Source: Chiloscyllium plagiosum (taxonomy: Eukaryota). From it: 64,000 bases of DNA. Positions 36,906 through 50,784 of the stretch are shown one piece after another (position 1 is the stretch's first letter; every line of letters begins with the position of its first letter). The notes beneath the pieces were generated by a model, which was given only the letters and a program-made list of their open reading frames with translations, was not told the DNA's origin and made no database searches. The DNA lies in contig NC_057749.1 in the NCBI RefSeq assembly GCF_004010195.1, positions 6,229,933 through 6,293,932 of the forward strand, written 5' to 3'. Position numbers and translations under genes: made by a program.

Positions 36906-37819
36906 CCCTGTATGTAATATTATATACAGACAACTAACCATAAAACATTGGTCCAGCAGTACATCACAATAGTTAACATTATACCCCTTTGGAACACTTC
37001 AGCATATCTCTCTGGAAGCGCATTGCTAAATAACAGAAAATTGATCTAAATTAAGTGTAAATTCTGTACTATTTAATGAGACAAGTTATGAAACAATTGG
37101 ATGTGGGGCATAATCCTGAGGCAGGGAGGCGTTAAATATGACAGCAGATTTTAAACCCTTGCACTCTACTTCCTCAAGTGCCTTTTCAAAGAGATTGAAA
37201 TTAGTGTTGAAGAAGGCAAAAGCAGTGGTTGGCTTGGTAATGAGAGTGGGTTTTATAAGCACTTAATATGCAATCAGGATGATTGCAGATGTGAGGTAAA
37301 ATTTTGAGTAATTGAAATTCAGAAACAAAACCACAGGCAGGGGTCATGGCTCTCCACAGGAATTTGACTGGAGGATTGAGCTGGTCTGAATGTATTGTGG
37401 AATAGTTGAATTACATCCAGTTAATTAAGGGTCTGAGGATGAAAAGTGATCTTATCATCCCCAACACTGATTTATAGCCAGTGCGCAATTTAGACTCAAA
37501 CTCATTTTAATCTCTTAGAAATTTAGAAACAGAATTTATGCCACCCACCTAGGTAAATCAGTCACCACAGAAACATATTCTCAATGCCATTCGTAGGCCC
37601 TTTATGAAGACCTGGCTTGACGTCTTATATCGTAGAATGGAGGAATTCAGGGTGGTGTCCTTACTGGTGTTTATCTTCCAATCAATAATGCAAAAAGAAA
37701 GCAATTATCTGGTCATTATGTGGCATCTTGCTGTGCACAGATTGGCTCCGCTGTTTCCTACACTTGTGAATAAAAGTTTGTGTTCAAGTACGTACACTTA
37801 AAAAGTACTCTTTTCTTAA

Positions 37820-38565
37820 GAATTTAGAAGGTTAAGGGGTGATCTCACCTTCAAGACATGAACAGGAAAAGGTAGGGTAAATAAAGATAAACAATTTCCA
37901 TTGGTCAAGATTCTGGAATTAAGGGGCATCGTCTCTTAGCGGTGGGAGGTGGCTCAGAGGTTAGCACTGCTGCCTCACAGAACCAGGGACCCGGGTTTGA
38001 TCCCACCCTCAGGCAACTCTCTCTGTGGAGTTTGCACATTCTCCCCGAGTCTGCATGGATTCCCTTCAGGTGCTCCAGTTTCCTCCCACAGTCCAAAGAT
38101 GTGCAGGTTAGGTGGATTGGCCATGTGAAATTGCCCATAATATCCAGAGATGTGCAGGCTAGGTGGGTAAGCCATCAGAAATGGAGGGATACAGGGATGG
38201 TATGGCGCTGGGTTGGATGCTGTTCAGAGGGTCAGTGTGCACTTAATGGCCGAATGGCCTGTTTCCACACTGTAGGAATTCTATGATCATCTGAGAATTA
38301 GGACCAGACCATTCAGGAGAGATGTTAAGAAACGCTTCTACACAAAAAGGGAGGTAGGTGTTTGGAAATCCCTGCCACAAATAGCAGTGGATGCTGGATC
38401 AGTTGTTAATTTTAAATCTGAGAAAGGTAATGTTTTTTGTTCGGCAAGTTTATTAACGGATATTGGCCAAAAGCAGATACATGGAGTAGGCCACAGATGG
38501 GACATGATGTCATTTAATGGTGGAATAAGCTAGAGGAGGTGAATGGCCTACTCCTGTACCTATGT
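37820..38565 (+). mobile_element. CR1 3' fragment interrupted by an HE1 SINE
   Basis: agaaggttaaggggtgatctc...ggggcatcgtct | ctgagaattaggaccagaccattcagg...tggcctactcctg. Confidence 0.75.
37942..38288 (+). mobile_element. HE1-type SINE
   Basis: Head, V-domain, tail. Confidence 0.9.
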
Positions 38566-39289
38566 CGCTTCATTTGGCTGTGAAACTTTGAGACACAAAG
38601 TGCCAGATCAAAGTACGTCTTTCTTTTTCATTGCTTTCAGATCTGGACACACAATCCCAGGAGAGATATGTTGGCCTTGGAGGGGTGCAGTGTGAGAATG
38701 AACTGGAACTAACAGAGTTATTTACAAAGGCAGTAAAAGTGTCGAGTGGCATTTATATCAATGTGATGAGCTAATAAGATCTTTAAGGTGATAGATGGTT
38801 TAGATAGTGTACATACAAAGAGCAACCTATCCTCCGGCAGGGGAGTCCAGGACGTGGGGGGCATAACCTTAAAGTCATGGCTGGGACTCTATGCACTTCT
38901 TCATACTTCCTTTCGGCCATCAAGTGCTCACTGATCCTGTGAAAAGCATTCCACCCAGCTCCACCCCATACCTGTACCCCTCAATTTCTGATGGTTAACC
39001 CACCTAGCTTGCAAACCCCTGGATACTATGGCCAATTTAGCATGGCCAATCCACTCTAACCTGCACTTCTTTAGATTGTGGGAGTAAACTGAAATTTAGA
39101 ATTCTATTCCATGGAAAGCTGCCTTGTTTGGGGATGGGTGGTCAATTGAAAATCGCAAAACTGAGATCAATAGTGCTTTTCCCTTAGCGCTGGATACAGA
39201 GCCAGGGTAAGTGAATTTAAGTTATGGTAGAGCTCAGCAATGATCTAACTGAATAGTGCAACAGACCTGAATGTGCACTGAATTTCTGG

Positions 39290-39645
39290 CTTATAGAGGC
39301 TTATAACATCATGTGGGGTACAGATTAGATAAATGACAGGTGCCTTTTCTCTAGGGATAGGGATTTTAAGACTAGGGGGCATATTTGTAAGGTGAGAGGA
39401 GAAAGACATGAGGTGCAAATTCTTTTTTAACACAGAGTGGCTCTTGTGTGGAATGAACTTCCAGAGGAGGTGGTGAATGTGGGTACAGTTGCAATATTTA
39501 AAAGACATTTGGATAAGTGCATGAATAAGAAATGTTTGTTGGGACATAGGCCAAATGCAGGCAGGTGCAACTCATTTAATTTGGGATTTTGTTCAGCATG
39601 GACTGGTTGGACCAAAGGGTTTATTTCCATGCTGTATAACCATAC
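39290..39645 (+). mobile_element. CR1 3' fragment
   Basis: VWNELPEEVVNVGTVAIFKRHLDK. Confidence 0.85.
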
Positions 39646-39734
39646 CAGAGTTAGAAAAATGTAAACATCTGTCCTTTGCAAACATTTAACCTTGGTTCCT
39701 GTTTGTTAAGTACTTCCAACATGCAAAAACAAGA

Positions 39735-40385
39735 GTGCCTGTCCCATGTAGACAGGTTAGTGCAGAAGGTGTTTGGTATGCTTGCATTTATTAGCCACTG
39801 TATTGAGTATAAGAGTTGGAAAGTCATGTTACGACTATGCAAGACATTGGTTAGGCCACTTTTGGAATACTGCATTCAATTCTGGTCTCCCTGCTGTAGG
39901 AAGGATGTTGCAAAATTTGAAAGTGTTCAGAAAAGATTTACAAGGATGTTTTCCAGGTTGGAGTGTTTAAGCTATTCGGAGAGACTGAACAGTATGGGGC
40001 TATTTTTGGAACGGGGGACCTTATAGACGTGTATAAAAACATGAGTGACATGGATAGCGTCAATAGCCAAAGTCTTTTTCCCAGGGTTGGGGAGTCCAAG
40101 ACTAGAGGGTATATGTTTAAGTAGAGAGAGGAAAATTTAAAAGGGACCTAAGGGACAACGTTTTTACGCAGAGGGTGGTGTTTGTGTGGAATGAACTGCC
40201 AAAGGAAGTGGTGGAGGCTGGTACAATTACAACATTGAAAAGGCATCTGGATGAGTACATGAATAGGAAGGGTTTAGAGGAAACAAATGCTGACAAATGG
40301 GACTAGATTAATTTAGGATATCTGATGGGCATGGATGAGTTGGACCAAAGGGTCAGTTTCCAAGCTGTACAGCTGTATGATTGTA
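39735..40385 (+). mobile_element. CR1 (HER1-like) 3' fragment
   Basis: LVRPLLEYCIQFWSPC...VQKRFTRM. Confidence 0.9.
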
Positions 40386-41613
40386 AATGTTTTTGGTTGT
40401 CATTCATTCATGGAACTTGACACTGGCTAGGTCAACATTTATTGTCCATCTCTAATTGCTTTTGAGAAGGTAGTAAGATCTCACCTTCACTTGAAATGGC
40501 CATTTTCAAAGGGCAATAAGGAGTCAACCATAACATTGCTCGTCTGAAGTCACATGCAGACCTGACTGGGTAAGAGTGGCAGATTTCCTTCCCTGGAGGG
40601 CATTGGTTCACCAATGAGAGTTGTTTTTAATGCCAATCAACCATGTTTGCATGGGTTCCCATCGCTGATCCAATGTCAGATTTCCGTGGAGGAATAAAAC
40701 CTGCAGATGCTGGAAATCTGAAACCAGCACAGAGAATGTTGGAAAAGAGAGAAACAGAGCTAATGTTTCAAATCAGGGATGACCCTTCTTCAGAACTGCC
40801 CCAGTTCCTAACGAAGAAGTCTGTGGAATATTTTGCAGTTGCCTTTGGTGGGACGGCAGTGAGTGGTTGAGGAGAGGTGATTTATTGTAGTAAGTTATAC
40901 ATTTGGCAAGGAGAATTCAATGTCAGCGCTCCTGGAGAAGCTGATTTAGATTTTCAAAACTTGCAGAAATATGACAAGGTCCTCCTTTTTCTCAACCCAG
41001 TCACTCAGTTTCAATGACTTTGCACCTTTTTAAAACATGCATCAAGTCTACTGCCAGGCTCTTTGATGAAGCTGTAATTACCTTGGCAATCATTCCCAAG
41101 TTGTTTTGCTTTATTTTCAAGTCAGCAAGGTTCTCAGTCTTGAGGAATTGCCGCTGTAAAACTGGTAGTGCAGGTAAATCAAGGGGATTTCTGCAAGACA
41201 TCACAAAGCTGTGGGGAACTGTACTCGCCAGTCATAGCACTCACTGATAGATGCATTGTGGGAGGGTCACCTTCCCCTAATTTTGACCAAATACTGAAGA
41301 TGCAAATGAACCCACTGACTTGCATGGCAGAGAATCAGATCAGAATGCAGGGGTACATATTTTCCGTCTGGAAGGCAATAAGGCAGGAAATGACTTTTGT
41401 TGTCACAGCTCGTCTTGTTTTGTTTTTATTTCTTTAGTCAATACAAATCCTCAGCGTTGAGTGATCATCTCATTTGCTGAGCTTACGGTGATTAAACCAT
41501 CACTGAGTCTGTACAGGGGCCTGTCATCTGCAATGTGCAATGTTCTTTCTGTTTCTGCTGAATTGCTGAATTGTACTGAGATCATTGGAATAAGAGTCAA
41601 AATCCAATGTTTG

Positions 41614-41889
41614 GATTAGATTCCCTCCAGTGCAGAAACAGGCCCAACAAGTCCACACCGACCCTCCGAACAGTAACCCACCCACCTACTCTCTAGTATT
41701 CACATTATCACTACGGGCAATTTAGCATGGCTAATTCACCTGACCCGCGCATCTTTGGACAGTGGGAGGAAACCCACGCAGACACAGGGCGAATGTGCAA
41801 ACTCCACACAGACAGTCGCCCGAGGCTGGGATCAAACCTGGGTCCCTCACGCTGCAAGGCAGCAGTGCTAACCATTGAGCCACTATGCC
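41614..41889 (-). mobile_element. HE1-type SINE
   Basis: Tail, V-domain, head. Confidence 0.9.
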
Positions 41890-42539
41890 ATTTTGTTTGT
41901 TTACTTCATCTGCAGCTGTACAGAACTGAACTGCACTTGTGACAATGCATATAAAGAAGGAGGTTTTTTTAATGAATAAAGTATATTTTTGAAATAAAAT
42001 GGAAGGGGCGGTACTGAGATGTTGAGGTCCCAGCAAAGGGGTTTGACTGCAGAGGAGTCCTGAATCTGTTTAGCAGGGCCCACTCTCCCCCAGGATAGGT
42101 CGAACCTGCCATTTAACAAATGGGGGTTAGTCATAAGGAACATGTTACTGACAGCCCCTGTTCCCCATTCCTTCACCTGAAAGATGTCTGCTGTTGGATT
42201 GTGCACAGGAAGACTGTTCCTTATGGGTGCCAAGATAGAAAATGGGCAGTAAGGGTTTTGAACAGATCATTGTGGATAAGTGAGGCACAGTATATTTGGA
42301 AATATGTATCCCTGCATTCTGATCTGATTCTCTGCTATGTGAATCAGCTGGTTCCTTTTGCATCTTCCATATTTGGTCATAATATGGTGAAGGTGACCAT
42401 CATCACCACCCCATCCCCCTGGCCCCACAATGCATCTATCAGTGAGTGCGATTACTGGCAAGTACAGTGCAAATAGAGGTCATTCAGCTCATTGAATCTG
42501 CGGCAATCCTCTGAAGAGCATCCCACCCGCCCTATTTTT

Positions 42540-42863
42540 GATTAGATTCCCTACAGTATGGAAGCATGCCCTTCAGCCCAAGTCCACACCGACCGTCCGA
42601 ACAGAGGCCCACCCAGACCCATTCCCCTACCCTGTATTTACCCCTCACTAATGTACCCAACACTATAGGAAATTTAGCGTGGCCAATTCACCTAACCTGC
42701 ACATTTTTGGATAGTGGGAGGAAACCGGAGCACCCGGAGGAAACCCACGCAGACACGGGGAGAATGTACAAACTCCACACAGACAGTTGCCCAAGGCTGG
42801 AATCAAATCTGGGTCCCTGGCACTGTGAGGCAGCAGTGCTAACCACCTGAGCCACCGTGCCAC
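42540..42863 (-). mobile_element. HE1-type SINE nested in an older HE1 fragment (~42470-42985)
   Basis: Complete copy flanked on both sides by collinear HE1 3' pieces. Confidence 0.88.
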
Positions 42864-43084
42864 CCCACTGTACCACCTGTAATCCCACATCACCCATACC
42901 TAACATAGCCAGCCCTAGCACATCCCTGGAAACTACCGGGCAACTTACCATGGCTGATCCACCTAACTTGCACATCTTTGGACAGCATGGATCATCTCCA
43001 GCAACTTGAGGGTTTTTCTCAACTGGCAGATGTGTGGAGATGTAATATTTGCAACTACTGGAAGCCAGGGGAGGAGTAATTGTC

Positions 43085-43415
43085 AAAAGTTCCAATTATG
43101 ATGAGCAATCCAGAGAACCAGGAAACGTTCTGGGGGCCTGGCTTTGAATCCCATCATGGCAGATGGTGAAATTTGAATTCAATAATAATCTGGAATTATG
43201 AGTTCAATGATGACCATAAAACCTGTGCTGATTGCTGGGGGAAAACATCTATCTGGGTCACTAATGTCCTTCAGGGAAGGAAACTGCCATCCTTACCTGG
43301 TCTGGCCTACATGTGACTCCAGACCCATACAATGTGGTTGACTCTTAACTGCCCTCTGGGAAATTAGGGATGGACAATAAATGCTGGCCTAGCCAGAAAA
43401 CCCCAGCATCCTGTA
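43085..43415 (+). mobile_element. Second tRNA-derived SINE family
   Basis: Homologous to 35360-35680. Confidence 0.82.
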
Positions 43416-43869
43416 ATTTTTGTCTGCCCTCTCTGACTGCCTTATCCAAAATCTGGACTGAGCATCATTATTTTCATCAATGTGATCTTCATAGAATCAT
43501 AGAGAATCATCAAATTCCTACAGTGTGGAAGCAGGTAATTAAGCCCATTGGGTCCACACTGGCCCTTCCATGCCCTGTCCCATAGATACAATAAACAGAC
43601 ATTCTTTGGTGTATAGAGGTGAGAACTCCTTTTGGAAGAAAGACTGAACATGTGTAGAATGTGTATACTTTCAACTTTTTCTTACCAAGTTTCAGTTTGG
43701 ATTATGCAACTCCTGATCTTCTTGCTGTCTTAAATTCCTTCTAACTATTATCTTTCATCAGACTCTGACTTCTAAATCTCTTAATTGCCTTTTTTGTCCC
43801 CAGAAATCTTTAATGCTGCAGCCTCGGAGCTAATTCATTTAATGGCATTCGTTATTGGTGGATGAAGGC

Positions 43870-44530
43870 ACATAGGGTCATAGAGTCATAGAGATGTACA
43901 GCATGGAAACAGACCCTCCAGTCCAACCTGTCCATGCTGACCAGATATCCCAACCCAATCCAGTCCTACCTGCCAGCACCCGGCCTCTCCAAACCCTTCC
44001 TATTCATATACCCATCCAAATGCCTCTCAAATGTTGCAATTGTACCAGCCTCCACCACATCCTCTGGCAGCTCATTCCATACACACACCACCCTCTGCGT
44101 GAAAAAGTTGNNNNNNNNNNNNNNNNNNNNNNNNNNNNNNNNNNNNNNNNNNNNNNNNNNNNNNNNNNNNNNNNNNNNNNNNNNNNNNNNNNNNNNNNNN
44201 NNNTCCCAACTCCTGTACTCAATACTCTGACCAATAAAGGAAAGCATACCAAACGCCTTCTTCACTATCCTATCTACCTGCGACTCCACTTTCAAGGAGC
44301 TATGAACCTCCACTCCAAGGTCTCCTTGTTCAGCAACACTCCCTAGGACCTTACCATTAAGTGTATAAGTCCTGCTAAGATTTGCTTTCCCAAAATGCAG
44401 CACATCGCATTTTTCTGAATTAAACTCCATCTGCCAATTCTCAGCCTATTGGCCCATCTGGTCCAGATCCCATTGTAATCTGAGGTAACCCTCTTTGCTG
44501 TCCACTACACCTCCAATTTTGGTGTCATTA
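43870..44530 (-). mobile_element. CR1 (HER1-like) 3' fragment spanning a gap
   Basis: MEFNSEKCDVLHFGK...FFTQRVVCVWNELP; (catagagt)n tail. Confidence 0.92.
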
Positions 44531-47239
44531 TCTTGCACTCATCAGGACCATCTGCAAGAAAAGCCAATGTAAAGGGAAATATGTACTGTACAAAAAGAAA
44601 GTACTGATGGGTTTGGAAGTGAACTTTTAATTGAGGTCTTGCTGAGGAAAATATACCAATTAGATGATGACTGACAGTTAACTGCCAAGCTTTGTGTTTT
44701 TTTTAGTAGTAGTACTGATACTCCAGCATCCATCTTGTGTAAGGTGCAGTTAAAACACTAATTATTACTACTCCACCAACCAGAAAATCAACCATGTGGC
44801 CAAGGAACCAGAGACAAGCAAAGCCCAGAGCAAGCAATGCCGATGTGAAATCAAGGGTGAAGGGGACTAAATCAAAGTAGAATTGGAGGAGAAAATATAA
44901 CACTCCATCCCCCGTGATACCCACCTCATTTGTTTAAATTAGCAGGTTGACTGACTGGTCAAGTCTTTGCCCAGAGAATGGAGCACAGAATAGTTGTCAC
45001 CTATTTTAAGTTGGAAGAGGCATGGTTTGTGTGAATGTTCTTCTTGTCCACAAAGAACTGGGCCCAGTGTACATATGTACATCACTTCAGTACAGAGCAA
45101 GCTTGATGGACTCCTCTCCATTACTTGCGTTTATTTAGAAAGGTCTACTAAACAGATGGCACACACATGACAGGCTGAATGGCCTCTTCCTGGGTGGTAT
45201 CATTCCATAATCATATCTCAAATCTATCTCCCCTACTGACCGATCTTCTACAATTGGAAGCAGTGTCTCCACAATTCCTTTCTCTCTTGGCTGTGGTGAG
45301 CTGGAGGGTGACTACAAATACAAATACATCATTATTGGATCATTCGTCGTTAGTCGGATCCAGCACTGGTGGTGGCGACGCGATGGAAGAAGAGCATCAC
45401 AACAAGGTGGGCCCACAGCGAGAGAGACCTGACTCTGATGTTGGTTAGTTCAGCGCAGATGACAGTGTGGTGGTGGTCAAGGTGGATCAGCCCAGCGGCA
45501 AAAGATGGTGCCTGAGAATTGGCAACTGTTTGGTTGGGTCAGGTGTTGATGGCAGTCAAGGAGGACTGGCAGCATAGGCCTCGTCGATGATGACGAGCCG
45601 GCTCAAGGCTTTAAGCTATATCTTTCTTTTTTCTTTCCCTTTTGTTCTTAAATTATTCAAAATGGTGCCGAACCTTGATGACAAATGAAAGCTTTTCGCT
45701 GCATTTTATTGTATTCTTATTGTAAAATGCTTGAGATAATCATATCATTTATACAAGCCAAGGTTATAATAATGACAACTAATTGGAGGAGAGATTTTTA
45801 TATTAAAAAATAATGCTTTATGAACCAGATGAGAAACATTAAAAATTTGCACCTGGCAATTTCAAACCATCCCAATGTGCTCAAAATTCTCATCAGAGCC
45901 CTTTGTGTCAATGTATTTATGTCCCTTGCTTTCCAAAGGCTATTTACATAATTTATTCATGGATGGGGTCTGAGAATATTTTCCAGAATAACTGCTCCAG
46001 GAACAGTGTTTTAATAGCTTGCCACGGGGTGAATCTAAATTTCCATCTTTATAACTCACACAGTGTAGAAATAACTATATTTTAAATTGTCAGTTTTGAG
46101 CTAAAAGACCTGAAGTGTTGACTGATCTCAAGTTGTAAAAGCTAGTGAATGTACAGTGTGGTATGTGAAATGTCTTAAAGTTTCAGTATGAGAATATGAA
46201 ATGAAAGCTTGGGGCAACTGCGACCAGGGCACAGTGTGGGAAGGCTGCTGTCTAAGGTCTTTCTGCCGAAGTTTAATGAGGGTCTGTTTGGTTATCAGAC
46301 TCTCTCACTGCCTCAAATCATCTATGCATGAGCAAGAAATGCCTCCGATATTTGGAGCTGCAGGGAATGTTAAATTCCAATTTTGCTTTCCTTGATACAC
46401 AGCAATACTGCAGAACTGTTTTAGTACCAATGAAGTTATGAATAAAGTGTTTTTTTTGAATTTAAAAAAAATTAGAATATGCAACCAGCTTCATGTCAGC
46501 CAGGGCTCCGTGGCTGGATCGGATTAACAGTCCCAATCAGAGAACTCATATTATATTTTTCCAGCTGGCTGATCTCATTACAATCGTTACATCTCTTCTC
46601 AATCTCCGAAGCAATGCAGGTTTGATGACAATCCAATCTCTTTTGGAAACCATTGACCATTTCTGCATCCAGCACCTTCATTGGCTGATTATAAAATATA
46701 TTTCCTCACATCCTACCCTCTATCTCTTCCCAAAGCCTTATATCTGTGTGCCCGGTCGTTGTGCTTTATCCTATACTATGCTATAGAAAGAGATTTCCGA
46801 TATCCCGAATCTGTCATAATCTTAAGCAATTCCAACATACGTCAAAAATTATTGAATAATGGAACAAGTGTTCTGTAGGTTTTAAAACAATGCAAAAATA
46901 AAATTTGCTAAATCAAATCCTTTGAGACCACAGACAATAAGGTATAGGCTATTCGGCCCAATGATTCTGCTCTACCATTTGGCTGATACATTTCTCAACC
47001 CTAATCTTCTGTAACCCCTGATCCCCTTACTAATCAAGAACCTGCCTATCCCTTTCTTAAATATTCAATGACTTGGCCTCCACAGCCTGGCAATGAGTTC
47101 CACAGATTCACCACCCTCTGGCTGAAGAAATTTCCCCCTCATCTATTAATGTGTGTCTGTGAGAGGATATTTCTTCTGGATTTTCGATTTGCTGTCAGCA
47201 ATAGCTCAAAGAGAAAGAGGTTTGGCTTGATGGGACGCA

Positions 47240-47532
47240 GTGCAGTTCTGCATCGCCTTCGATGTTGTCGTTTTGGGTTACAAATAAGGCTGCATCTGAG
47301 GTCAAAACTTAAAGGTCCTGTTGCACTTTATTGATGAAGTGGAGTAAGGGAGTTCTCTCCAGTGTCCGTGCAATAGCAGAGCAACAAAAAGAGGCAGATG
47401 ATGTGATCATCAATGGTATTACTAGTTGTGGGATCCTGTCCTGCCACTTTTCGTATATTGCAACAATGACTCAACTTTGCAAACTGCTGTGATGTGATAT
47501 CCTGATAGTCACTACATCAATGCAAGTCTTTC
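47240..47532 (+). mobile_element. Old DeuSINE/AmnSINE-like remnant
   Basis: ggggagttctctccagtgtcc, gttgtgggatcctg, aatgcaagtctttc tail. Confidence 0.4.
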
Positions 47533-47895
47533 CTCCATTTACTTGATAATGGGCAGGATTTTTAGCTACCTGGATTGGGGGTGGGAATGATCAGTTGGAG
47601 TGTTTGGTGACCAACCCTGCACCCCCGCCCTCAACATCTCCACCTCCCAGTTTTGTAGCTCCATTTCACCCCCCAGACTATTTTCCCAGAGTTGGGATAG
47701 TAGGGGAGTGACCGGAAGGCCATCTGCTGTCTAGCAACAGCTAAAGAATGAACAACATTCCAGGACTTATTGAGGCCCGCTGTTGGAGGTTACCTGAACT
47801 GTTTAATCACTGTGGTTATAGTGGTGGGGATGGAATAATTTCCCCAGAGGGGCAAAAACAGACAAAAGACCATGATTTGATACTGAATGTACAGG

Positions 47896-48245
47896 ATCAT
47901 AGAATTCCTACAATGTGGAAACAGGCCTTTCAGCCCATCGAGTCCACACTCACCCTCCAAAGACCATCCCTCCCTGACCCACCCCATATGCTATCCCTAT
48001 CCGTGTAGCCTTGTAGTTCCTATGGCTAACTCACCAGGCCTGCACATCCCTGGACACTATATGGGCAATTTCGGATAGCCAATCTACCCTGACCCGCACA
48101 TCTTTGTGGGCTGTGGGAGGAAACCAGAGCATCCGGAAGAAACTCACACAGCTACTGGTTGAACGCGACAGTTGCCCGAGGCTGGAATCGAACATGAGTC
48201 CCTGGCACTGTGAGATAGCAGTGCTAGCCAGTGAGCCACCATGTC
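47896..48245 (-). mobile_element. HE1-type SINE
   Basis: Tail, partial V-domain, head. Confidence 0.85.
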
Positions 48246-48507
48246 CCCAACCCCCCAACTCCCAACATCTACCCCCTCCCCCCAACCAGATCTCCATTTT
48301 TAGATACACAGGCTATGTTGGATTAATGTGTCTCATTCACCTGTTTCACTGTTTCGTTTCCATTCTGGGCCCATTGGATTGTATCCGAGGTTTTTAAAAA
48401 GAGGGAATGCAGAGGGAGAAATCATCCAAGAATCTTTCAATTCTGGAAAAGTCCCAGTGAAATAGAAAACTGCTCACATAATATTTTTATTCAATAAGGG
48501 AGGGAGA

Positions 48508-48975
48508 TAGAGTCATACGGCACGGTAACAAACCCTTCAGTCCAATGCGTCCATACCGACCAGACATCCCAATCTGACCTAATCCCATTTGCCAGCATTG
48601 AGCCCTTATCCCTCTAAATACTTCCTGATCAAATTACCCCAATCAGGTAGTTTTTAAATGATGTAATTGTACTCATCTCCAGCACTTCCCCTGGCAACAC
48701 GCTCCATACACGCACCATGCTCTGTGTGACAATGTTGCCCCTCAGGCCCTTTTCAAATCTTTCCCCTCTCACCTTAAGCCTGTGCTGTCTAGTTTTGGAT
48801 TCCCCTACCCTGGGGAAAAGACCTTGGCTGTTCACTCTATCCATGCCCCTCTTGATTTTATAAACCTCTATAAGGTCACCCCTCAGCCTCCAATGCTCCA
48901 GGGAAAAAAGACCCAGCCTATTCAGCATCTCCCTATAACCCAAACCCTCTAGTTCCAACAACATCCTTGTAAATG
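48508..48975 (-). mobile_element. CR1 3' fragment inserted in an older plus-strand CR1 RT remnant (~48365-49380)
   Basis: LNRLGLFSLEHWRLRGDLIEVYKI; flanks carry gcatgtctgacaaatttattagaattctttg and gtgccacaggggtcagtgctg. Confidence 0.85.
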
Positions 48976-49840
48976 TCTATTATAAATGAAATGAGAATGG
49001 GGGATTTAGAAATAAATATGACAATCCAACGGAGTCAACAAGGGAAAAAGCATGTCTGACAAATTTATTAGAATTCTTTGAAAAGATAACAAATATGCTA
49101 GATAATGGGTAACTGCTGTCGTATATTTGGAATTCCAGAAGATGCTTGATAAAGTATCACACTTTGGGCTACTTAACATGATAAGTGACCAAGGAATTGG
49201 GGTTGTATATCAATATGGAGCGAGGACTGGCTAACTCATAGAAAGACAGAGTTGGGACAGTGTCAACATGCCAACCTGTAACTGGTAGAGTGCCACAGGG
49301 GTCAGTGCTGAAACCACAATTATTTCTAACATATATTGATAGCGTGGACAAAGGAAGTATTATAGTCAAGTTTGCATATGAGCAATCAGATCTCAAGTGA
49401 GCCTTTCCAAACAACAATATTATGTTGTTTTTCAGCCACTCAATCAGTAAATAGCCTCACTTTAGCATGGGGATTATTCATAAGGTGTTGATTACACTGC
49501 AAGGAAAAATAGGTGGCTGTATCAACTGATAAAATATATGTCCCACAGGGTATCCGATTTGCTCAATCTTGAGTTCCTCTCTCAATAATTGAAGTAATGA
49601 AGGTGTTAGAAAGTGAATGTATGCATTTTCAGCCCAGTCTTCTTGCAGTTTTAGGCAGATCTCATCTGAAACATTATTACTACAGAATAAAATCAATGCA
49701 AATAGAAATATCAGGACAGTATTGCTTCCTGTCTGCTATTCGGCTGTTGGAGGATTCATTTTGCATCACATACACTGCTTTAAGCAAACCTTCACAAACC
49801 TTGCAAGACATGGTAATAGAACAAAGTCTTCCCACCACTG

Positions 49841-49855
49841 AGGTCACTTTGACCT
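49841..49855. promoter_or_regulatory. Perfect palindromic estrogen response element (IR3)
   Basis: AGGTCA-ctt-TGACCT in non-repetitive sequence. Confidence 0.5.
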
Positions 49856-50315
49856 TCAGTGTGTTTTGTGCATTTTAAATTTTCAATTGCTTCATTCTTT
49901 AGAAAAACAAATATTAATTTGATGAGCAATATTTTTGAACTGAACAGAGCAAGAAAGATTAACAATAGACAGTGCTCAAAGCATTTTACGACTTTAAATC
50001 TTGTGCCTTCACCAAGCAAAGTCTCTACGGTCTTAGCAGACCACAGGATTGTTCTCTCATTAAGGAGAGGTGACTGGAGGTGGCTTAACCTGAGAGTCAC
50101 CATGCCTCAGGTGAGGGTAGAGGTTGAGAAGGGCAATGCTTTATGGTAACCTCAGCCTATCGGAAAGTCACTGGAGCGGTCCATTGGGTGCGGAGCTCAG
50201 CCGCTTAGATTAAAATTAGCCCCCATTTCACAGAGAAAACCATTACCATTTGACTCAGACTTGCACTGAAATGAAGTCTCTTCATGCAAAACTGTGACAC
50301 AAGTAGCAGGTTCAG

Positions 50316-50444
50316 TCCTGACGAGGGGTTTCAGCCTGAAACATTGACTTTCCTGCTCCTCGGATGCTGGCTGACCTGCCTGTGCTTTTCCAACTCCACA
50401 CATATAGACTCTGGCTTCCAGCATCTGCAGTCCTCACTGTCCCC
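50316..50444 (+). mobile_element. Penelope-type terminal repeat insertion
   Basis: Hammerhead core 50318-50342 then ggatgctggctgacctg...ctgcagtcctcact. Confidence 0.8.
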
Positions 50445-50784
50445 TAGCAAGTTATGTTCTACAGCAAGTATAAGCATTTGCAAAAGCTGTGTTATGACTG
50501 TGGGGAGAGCTCTTGTGTACCAAGAGGAGTTCAAGTCCCGGATGCTCCAGATATGAGTAATTACATTTACGATCATGTTGATTCGAAAATCTCGATGACT
50601 CTAGTGGGAGGAATACACTGGAAATCAAGCCACACTCTCCACAAACTATACCAAACATGTCAATGTTTTATTCAATCACTAAATTTTGTCAATTTTGTTT
50701 TTCATAATTTCAAACAACACAAGCAGGACCATGACAATACTATGGCTTTAAGAGGCATATTTTATCCTATTTTTATGAAGAAAA

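Noticed and set aside
44703..44924. Hydrophobic minus-strand ORF as a membrane-protein exon
   Set aside because: Hydrophobicity is explained by a T-rich strand; no recognisable family or partner exons
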